Source: an uncultured Lachnospiraceae bacterium | GTDB lineage: Bacteria; Bacillota; Clostridia; Lachnospirales; Lachnospiraceae | Assembly: GCA_946616295.1 (NCBI GenBank) | Contig: CAMOIU010000001.1 | Location: 17,748-81,747 of the forward strand | Direction: 5' to 3' | DNA length: 64,000 nucleotides | Shown: positions 58,401 through 64,000 of the stretch, one piece after another | How the letters are laid out: every line of letters begins with the position of its first letter | Position numbering within the stretch: the first letter of the stretch is position 1 | Notes under the pieces: model-generated | What the model was told of the DNA's origin: nothing | Seen by the model: the letters and a program-made list of their open reading frames with translations, nothing else | The model's database searches: none | Made by a program: the position numbers and the translations under genes

Positions 58401-61350
58401 TATCATCGATCCGGAACAGCCTGCCGAGGCTGCCTATACGTTTGCCGTCGATATGTCTAAAGTTCCGATCCCCGAGGAATTGACAGGACTTCTGTATATG
58501 CTTCCGGGAGGAGATCAGAACGGACGGACAGCATGGGATTTTATGCTCCAGCTGGCAGAAAGGATCAGTCCTCTCACGACGGTTACTGTCAAAGTCCAGA
58601 TCCCGGAGGGATTTGAGGCGGACATTCGTGATTTGCGCCTTGTCAATGAGTACATAGAAATGACATCGGCTGAAGTGGTTGGCAATGAGCTCACGGTCCT
58701 GTGCCATTTCAAAGAGCAGTCGGAACCTATTAATCCGGCAGCTGCCAATCCGCTGTGTGTCCTGAGCGGGTTTAGAATGTCTCCTGCTGAGGATGCCGTA
58801 TGGGATGAAGACGAGACCCTGACAGCTGTGCTGACTGGAGAACTCTCCTATGATATTTACGCGCATTTCCATATTCTGAAGTCTCTTGCACAGCAGGAAG
58901 AGTATCAGACTCAGTATGGTCTGTATCCGTATGACAACAGCAAGAATAATCCGGGAGATTACGGCGCTCATTTCATGAAAGATATCCTTGATTTCGAGGA
59001 TTCTTATAAACTGGATCGTTCAAGGAGAAACGGGTGGGCGAGAGAAAACGGAGTCTGGTCCTACTATGAGGATGGAAAGGCACTCACAGGAGCGCATGAG
59101 CTGCCGAGCCCGATCGATGGAGAAGACGGGGAATACTGGTATGACTTCGGCACTTCGGGCACCTGCGACGGAAAACTGACCGGCATCTTTGAGTACGAGG
59201 GAGAACATTACTACGCTCGGCTCGGTCTTCTGGTCACGGGATGGCAGTCTATTGCCGCGGACGACGGAGAATCCTATTTCTATTATTTCGACAAGAATGA
59301 CGGCAGAATGTATACAGGCGTCCGGGATGTGGACAGTCTGACTTATACATTCAACGATGAAGGGCAGCTGATCCGGGGCGCCTTCCGCACCAACAAGGAC
59401 GGCACGAAATACTTTGTTGCCGGCGAGTCTTTGTTCAGACGGTTCATCACTTTGGAAGAGGGGACGTACTGGCTGGATGTGAACGGATATGTCGCGCATG
59501 GAAATGACCATACGGTGACGACCAATGTCAAGGATGTCACCTGGTATCACTTTGATGAAGAGACAGGTCTGCTGACTGGAGTCTGCAGTGGCATTTTCAC
59601 ATATCACGACGAACTGTATTACAGTGACGAGAACGGCAAGGTGGTTTTCGGTGCTGTTAAGGTGGATGACGGAATAGTATTCTGCGGTACACTGGGCAAG
59701 CTCTATGTGAATCAGAGCTGTTATATTGACAATTCAACGCCGTGTTATAACTGCTCTCTTGAAACCGGTAAGTATTGGTGTGGTGAGGACGGATATATTG
59801 TCTCGGACGGATTTGTTGAAATTGAGGGAAGCACCTATTATTTCAGCAATTACAACAGAGCAAAAGGATTCACAAAGATCGGAGACGATTATTATCTTTT
59901 CAACTCCGGAAACGGCAAGATGTACAAAAATGCCAAGATGTGGGTGCCTGCGAATTCCTACGGAATTGAACCCGGCATGCATGATTTCCTGGAAGACGGC
60001 AGAATGTTCATTCCGGATCTGGAGAATGGCAAGAAAGCTATCATCAATGAGAACGGCAAGCTGTATTTCACTGTCGACGGGGTAAAACTCACCAACGGTC
60101 TCAATGAACTCGACGGAGAGTACTATTACGCCCAAAACAATGGAGAACTGGTCACCGGTAAAACGATCTGGGTCAGCCAGAAGAATGGACTTATTCCTGA
60201 AAAGGGAGATTATCACTACTTCGATGAAGAAGGGAAGATGCTGCAGACCGGCTTTGTGACCGGAGGAGACGGGTACACATACTATTATCAGGAAAATGTA
60301 CTGGCGCTTGGATTCACCAAGATCGGGGATGATTATTACCTGTTTAATGCCGGAAGCGGAAAGATGTACAAAGACGGTTCATTTTGGGTACCTGCAAATG
60401 ATTACGGTATTGAACCTGGCATGCATGTTTTCGGCGAAGACGGCAGGATGTTTATTCCGGATCTGGAGAACGGGCAGAAAGCCATTAAAGAGGAGAATGG
60501 AAAACTCTATTTTACTATTGATGGCGTGAAGATGACCAACGGATTGAACGAACTTGACGGAGAGTACTACTATGCCCAGAGCAATGGTGTACTGGTCACA
60601 GGTAAAACGATCTGGGTCAGCCAGAAGAATGGACTGATTCCCGAAAAGGGAGACTATCATTACTTCGATGAAGAAGGGAAGATGCTGCAGACCGGCTTTG
60701 TGACCGGAGGAGACGGGTACACCTATTATTATCAGGAAAATGTACTGGCTCTTGGATTCACAAAGGTCGGGGATGATTATTACCTGTTCAATGCCGGCAG
60801 CGGAAAGATGTACAAAAATGCCAGTATGTGGGTACAGGCCAATCCTTATGGGATCGAGCCCGGGATGCATGATTTTCTGGAAGACGGCAGGATGTTTATT
60901 CCGGATCTGGAGAACGGGCAGAAAGTTATTAAAGAGGAGAATGGGAAACTCTATTTTACTGTCGATGGCGTGAAAATGACCAACGGATTGAATGAACTTG
61001 ACGGAGAGTACTACTATGCCCAGAGTAATGGTGTGCTGGTCACAGGTAAAACGATCTGGGTCAGCCAGAAGAATGGACTGATTCCCGAAAAGGGAGACTA
61101 TCATTACTTCGATGAAGAAGGGAAGATGCTGCAGACCGGCTTTGTGACCGGAGGAGACGGGTACACCTATTATTATCAGGAAAATGTACTGGCTCTTGGA
61201 TTCACAAAGGTCGGGGACGATTATTACCTGTTCAATGCCGGAAGCGGAAAGATGTACAAAGACGGTTCATATTGGGTTCCTGCAAATACATACGGGGTTG
61301 AACCCGGGATGCACCGATTTGACCCGGATGGTATCATGCAAGTTGATTGA
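55462..61350 (+). CDS. Giant secreted protein with a phosphodiester glycosidase (NAGPA-like) domain and C-terminal cell-wall-binding-like repeats
   Basis: Signal peptide MKKKYSLKKLSILLAACLLLG..., acidic linker, GVNADFYN, SRTAVGIT..G.VVLMVLDGRQ, NLDGGGSST. Confidence 0.85.
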   Translation: MKKKYSLKKLSILLAACLLLGSCPTGTYAAEASVEEPAIEQEQEKEEEPSEADSQIPASEEPSQAPDNGQDADEQLSEGGSPESGLSGQETDDGSEQEKEPVSEQGAEQVTEPSATEGDGENEELTESDEEITEEDSEEEETETGSVPSDPISSYSDFIKSLTELETYAREYADEHAGEDPNALVINFIRCGVEKYTSGTWTTFCGEEKTAFTTFVAEKDVENATEASRLRKLETFTLPNGDRVEFAHMFGCMDMAYHTGNQNTADLGSWVGDLCDLVQLAHNGGVSGTVEQMAEEIRTNNSKYFLYDDPHSHSFGRQDLYADLDAYYILRNLSGSGSISAVMKKYYTGNLTDKNRAVYFIDHRLGGASTRAEIRLKVYEIYQGNEGAHTLEGTYLPDGVNADVRQACCYAFADYLYETAKGSLENSYYTLISTEKSNPAPGVTQEIKTAVTQDNKQIVYYIAKADITRSDISVHANYNNNDGTSWGMSRVSDQMKAAEKRHSNPEDEEHYTPNYSAVIGVNADFYNMSTGVPSGPLVMEGIQYHDIGTGNFFGIKKDGTPIIGGKAEWDANKNDLEEAVGASVWLVRNGEIAVTATSNYYNDRASRTAVGITYDGRVVLMVLDGRQEPYSCGGSAIEIAQIMQDAGCVSAVNLDGGGSSTFAGKAEGSDEIKVINRPSDGYERSVSSSLMVVSAAKPSNEFDHAVVSADYDYLTVGSELEIQATGVTVTGGATDLPEDTSLQSTDESIGTISEDSVFTAKAPGDVQIRVISGDGEVLGSKTMHVVDPTELHFSKESINAVYGEPVALPLEALYKGNPVKINPNDVTFGYLKVTLTSIGNVEGSAVNSTRTELVFDYPEAGTIDGFEFTPADGEDRVRTLTVGAVLTSKLNEFQQTVATEYQSAYQEAIANGFTASDAALQAEARAVNKALDTAARLSIYMYSADEATFDFEDATGENGIIAWKRDISNSTYNESEQTYSIIDPEQPAEAAYTFAVDMSKVPIPEELTGLLYMLPGGDQNGRTAWDFMLQLAERISPLTTVTVKVQIPEGFEADIRDLRLVNEYIEMTSAEVVGNELTVLCHFKEQSEPINPAAANPLCVLSGFRMSPAEDAVWDEDETLTAVLTGELSYDIYAHFHILKSLAQQEEYQTQYGLYPYDNSKNNPGDYGAHFMKDILDFEDSYKLDRSRRNGWARENGVWSYYEDGKALTGAHELPSPIDGEDGEYWYDFGTSGTCDGKLTGIFEYEGEHYYARLGLLVTGWQSIAADDGESYFYYFDKNDGRMYTGVRDVDSLTYTFNDEGQLIRGAFRTNKDGTKYFVAGESLFRRFITLEEGTYWLDVNGYVAHGNDHTVTTNVKDVTWYHFDEETGLLTGVCSGIFTYHDELYYSDENGKVVFGAVKVDDGIVFCGTLGKLYVNQSCYIDNSTPCYNCSLETGKYWCGEDGYIVSDGFVEIEGSTYYFSNYNRAKGFTKIGDDYYLFNSGNGKMYKNAKMWVPANSYGIEPGMHDFLEDGRMFIPDLENGKKAIINENGKLYFTVDGVKLTNGLNELDGEYYYAQNNGELVTGKTIWVSQKNGLIPEKGDYHYFDEEGKMLQTGFVTGGDGYTYYYQENVLALGFTKIGDDYYLFNAGSGKMYKDGSFWVPANDYGIEPGMHVFGEDGRMFIPDLENGQKAIKEENGKLYFTIDGVKMTNGLNELDGEYYYAQSNGVLVTGKTIWVSQKNGLIPEKGDYHYFDEEGKMLQTGFVTGGDGYTYYYQENVLALGFTKVGDDYYLFNAGSGKMYKNASMWVQANPYGIEPGMHDFLEDGRMFIPDLENGQKVIKEENGKLYFTVDGVKMTNGLNELDGEYYYAQSNGVLVTGKTIWVSQKNGLIPEKGDYHYFDEEGKMLQTGFVTGGDGYTYYYQENVLALGFTKVGDDYYLFNAGSGKMYKDGSYWVPANTYGVEPGMHRFDPDGIMQVD
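59860..61350 (+). repeat. Near-identical 444-bp (148-aa) tandem repeats
   Basis: CCGGATCTGGAGAA recurs at about 60013, 60457 and 60901; long identical runs between copies. Confidence 0.9.
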
Positions 61351-61371
61351 GTGCAGAAATAGTTTCCAGTC

Positions 61372-61406
61372 ATACGGGGCTTTGCGTATTCCGTAAAGCC
61401 CCGTAT
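61372..61406. terminator. Strong hairpin between the giant protein and the GT2 gene
   Basis: ATACGGGGCTTT...AAAGCCCCGTAT. Confidence 0.6.
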
Positions 61407-61416
61407 CTATACGGAT

Positions 61417-62208
61417 ATGAAAGTAGAAACACTGGTAGCCACCATTGATCAGGAAGACTTTTCTCTGGTGTCGAAAATGAATATTCAAACAGACGCGCTT
61501 ATTGCCAACCAGTGCAGGCGCACATCTACAGAATCCTTCAGTATGAACGGAAAGGCGGTCACATTTCTGAACACGCAGGACAGAGGCGTGGGAAAGAACA
61601 GGAATCTGCTGCTGCAGAATGCGTCTTCAGATATTTGTGTCCTCGCAGATGATGATATGCGCTTTATAGACGGCTATGAAAAAACGGTAATTAATGCTTT
61701 TGAAGAATGCCCGCAGGCGGATCTTCTTGTATTTAATCTGATTGAAAAGATTCCGCGCCGTTTTATAAACCGGAAGATCAAAAGAGTCGGCTGGACTGAA
61801 TATGCCAGATATGGTGCAGCACGAATTGCCTTCAGAAGAAGAAAGATCATTGAGGCCCAAATTCATTTCAGTCTTCTGTTTGGTGGTGGCGCAAAGTTTG
61901 GTTCCGGAGAAGATACCATCTTCCTAAAAGAGTGCATGGAAAGGGGGCTTAAGATATATTCAATGCCCTATGCTCTCGCAGAGATTGACCAGACAGCGGA
62001 ATCGACATGGTTCTCGGGGTATGATCAAAAACTGTTTCACGACAAAGGGGCACTTTACCGATGTCTTCATCCTGTTATGTGGCCTGTGTTTGCACTTCGA
62101 TATCTGCTTCGCAAACGGGATAAGATCAGAGGAAACATGACGCTTCTTCAGGCGGCAATGTACATGTGGCAGGGGAGCGTGGACTATTCTTCGCTTACGG
62201 AGGCATAA
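61417..62208 (+). CDS. GT2-like glycosyltransferase
   Basis: RGVGKNRN, VLADDD, FGGGAKFGSGED motifs. Confidence 0.82.
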   Translation: MKVETLVATIDQEDFSLVSKMNIQTDALIANQCRRTSTESFSMNGKAVTFLNTQDRGVGKNRNLLLQNASSDICVLADDDMRFIDGYEKTVINAFEECPQADLLVFNLIEKIPRRFINRKIKRVGWTEYARYGAARIAFRRRKIIEAQIHFSLLFGGGAKFGSGEDTIFLKECMERGLKIYSMPYALAEIDQTAESTWFSGYDQKLFHDKGALYRCLHPVMWPVFALRYLLRKRDKIRGNMTLLQAAMYMWQGSVDYSSLTEA

Positions 62209-62211
62209 GAA

Positions 62212-63177
62212 GTGAGATTCAGTATTGTTATGCCGGTCTATAATTCGGCTCAGTACCTGGATGCCGGCATAGCGTCTGTTCTATGTCAGGAGTACCCCGA
62301 TTGGGAGTTACTGATCATCGATGATGGGTCGATGGATCACAGTCTGGAAATAATTAATCAATATGCGGCCAAAGACGAGAGACTCCGAGTATTCCACCAA
62401 GAGAATAGTGGTCAGTTTTATGCAAGACAGAAGGGAATCGAAAACGCAGAAGGTGAATATATACTGTTTCTCGACAGTGACGATGAGTTAAAGAGAAACT
62501 GTCTTTCCAGACTATGCGAGGAAATAGGCACAGAAGAGCCGGATATTGTTGTCTTTGTAGGAGAGGTCTTTGATCGTGAACGGAACACAGTGAGGCCTCT
62601 TGGCTCTCTGGGCGAGAAAAAGGAGTGGCTTTCGCTATGGTCCGTAAGGGAGAAACTCCTTACGTCAGATCAACTGAATTCTCTATGCTTTAAAGCTTTT
62701 AAACGAGAATTATTTGAAGGAGATCCAGCTGATTATACGGCCTTTCGGGGGACTCATTACGGTGAAGACAAAGCGCGTCTGATGTATCCGATGACTAAAG
62801 CTGATAAAATCCTGTATCTTCCGGACGTGCTTTACAGATACAACTATCGTCCGGACAGTACTATGCATGGATATGATTTGAATCAGGCTGACAAAGTGCT
62901 GGCGGTACAATTGTTTTCTTTACTGAAGAAATATATGTACGTGTGGGGGATGGAGGGAACCCTTTGCAGCGAGCGTTTTGAAGCATATGTGATAAGAACA
63001 GTATTGTCGGCATATTACGGATTGCGCAGAAAATGCACTAACAGGAGGCAACGACAGGATCTACGTCAATATCCCTGGGAAGAAGCTGCACAGATTAAAA
63101 GATTCCGTCACCTCATGAACAAAGAACTCAGCATGAGAGATCGCATCAGGCTTTTTTTGTTTTATTTGAGGTTTTAA
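62212..63177 (+). CDS. GT2 glycosyltransferase
   Basis: FSIVMPVYN, IDDGSMD, HQENSG...AR..G, YILFLDSDD, GED, LYRY. Confidence 0.9.
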   Translation: MRFSIVMPVYNSAQYLDAGIASVLCQEYPDWELLIIDDGSMDHSLEIINQYAAKDERLRVFHQENSGQFYARQKGIENAEGEYILFLDSDDELKRNCLSRLCEEIGTEEPDIVVFVGEVFDRERNTVRPLGSLGEKKEWLSLWSVREKLLTSDQLNSLCFKAFKRELFEGDPADYTAFRGTHYGEDKARLMYPMTKADKILYLPDVLYRYNYRPDSTMHGYDLNQADKVLAVQLFSLLKKYMYVWGMEGTLCSERFEAYVIRTVLSAYYGLRRKCTNRRQRQDLRQYPWEEAAQIKRFRHLMNKELSMRDRIRLFLFYLRF

Positions 63178-63199
63178 ATTGGCAGGTCGTGTACACATA

Positions 63200-64000
63200 A
63201 TGGAGAATCATTTGAACAGAGCCAAACTGAATATTGTATCTTCTCTGATCAATCAGCTTGTCACGACTGTGTGCGGTATCATCATACCACGTATTCTGAT
63301 AGTTACTTACGGATCAGAAGCCTATGGTATGTCTGTTTCTATCACTCAGTTTCTGTCATACATATCCCTTCTGGAGGGCGGAATAGGCGCAGTAGCGCGT
63401 GCCAAATTGTACAGCCCGTTAACTAAAAATGATAACTATGGAATTAGTGTTGTATACGGTGCGGAAAAACGTTTTTTCTTTCATGTGGCTGAATTGTTTG
63501 CTTTGTATAGTCTGTTCTTGGGAGCAGCTTATCGTGATCTGGCACATATAACAGTCTATTCAAGACTATATGTTTTCTCTTTTGTCCTTATCATCAGCAT
63601 GGCTACCCTTGCTAAATATATGGGTGGTCTTGCCAATTTGACGCTGATTGTCGCTGATCAGAAGCAGTATGTTCATAATTTTATGGCAATGACAGTTACC
63701 ATTGCTAATGCTGTTATTGTATTGATGATGGCACATTGTAGATTTGATCTGATCTGGGTCAAGCTGGGAAGCAGTATCATATTCATTATCCGGCCATGGA
63801 TGCTCGCTTTATATGTGAGAAAGCATTATAACCTCGTACCCGTTGATGACAAGGATACCAGAGATGTTCTGAATCAGAAATGGACGGGGATCGGTCAACA
63901 TATTGCCTATTTTCTGCACAGGAATACAGACATAGTTCTCCTGACTCTGTTTGCGGACCTGCGTCTTGTGGCTGTTTATTCCGTGTATAGCCTTGTGGTA
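63200..64000 (+). CDS. Polysaccharide flippase (Wzx/MOP-like), 3'-truncated by window
   Basis: Open frame from ATG 63200 (absent from the ORF track because it has no stop): MENHLNRAKLNIVSSLINQLVTTVCGIIIPRILIVTYGSEAYG...ITQFLSYISLLEGGIG; hydrophobic. Confidence 0.8.
   Translation, partial: MENHLNRAKLNIVSSLINQLVTTVCGIIIPRILIVTYGSEAYGMSVSITQFLSYISLLEGGIGAVARAKLYSPLTKNDNYGISVVYGAEKRFFFHVAELFALYSLFLGAAYRDLAHITVYSRLYVFSFVLIISMATLAKYMGGLANLTLIVADQKQYVHNFMAMTVTIANAVIVLMMAHCRFDLIWVKLGSSIIFIIRPWMLALYVRKHYNLVPVDDKDTRDVLNQKWTGIGQHIAYFLHRNTDIVLLTLFADLRLVAVYSVYSLVV

Overview
A 64-kb bacterial chromosomal segment from a GC-rich anaerobic Firmicute (gene content is Clostridia/Lachnospiraceae-like; taxonomy is inferred). 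(1) 1-10.7 kb: hydroxyglutarate-pathway genes (gcdA 3' end, hgdC, hgdA, hgdB) run into a Na+-translocating decarboxylase cluster (divergent carboxyltransferase, gamma/delta subunit, biotin carrier, beta subunit, oadA-like), then a thioesterase and a YitT protein. (2) 11.4-19.4 kb: an NSS transporter and a GntR-regulated TRAP/carboxylesterase/Zn-dehydrogenase operon. (3) 19,438-32,067: a 12.6-kb element integrated at the 3' end of tRNA-Pro(CGG), bounded by an exact 45-bp direct repeat. It encodes a family-B polymerase with primer-independent (piPolB) motifs, so it looks like a pipolin. It also carries an integrase/Xis/XRE module, a second atypical tyrosine recombinase behind about 700 bp of hairpin-rich non-coding DNA, a serine resolvase with a candidate res site, and a BbvI-like type IIS restriction-modification system with Vsr. 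(4) 32.3-41.8 kb: housekeeping genes (RlmI-like MTase, DegV, galK, ilvE, iorAB, licD). (5) 42 kb to the end: an AT-richer Wzx/Wzy-type polysaccharide locus interrupted by an Lgt-like gene and two giant secreted repeat proteins (2466 aa and about 1960 aa). The backbone intergenic DNA also carries a REP-like palindrome family and two arrays of a 52-53-bp palindromic tandem repeat that are not CRISPR. All calls come from motif recognition by eye; no searches were run.
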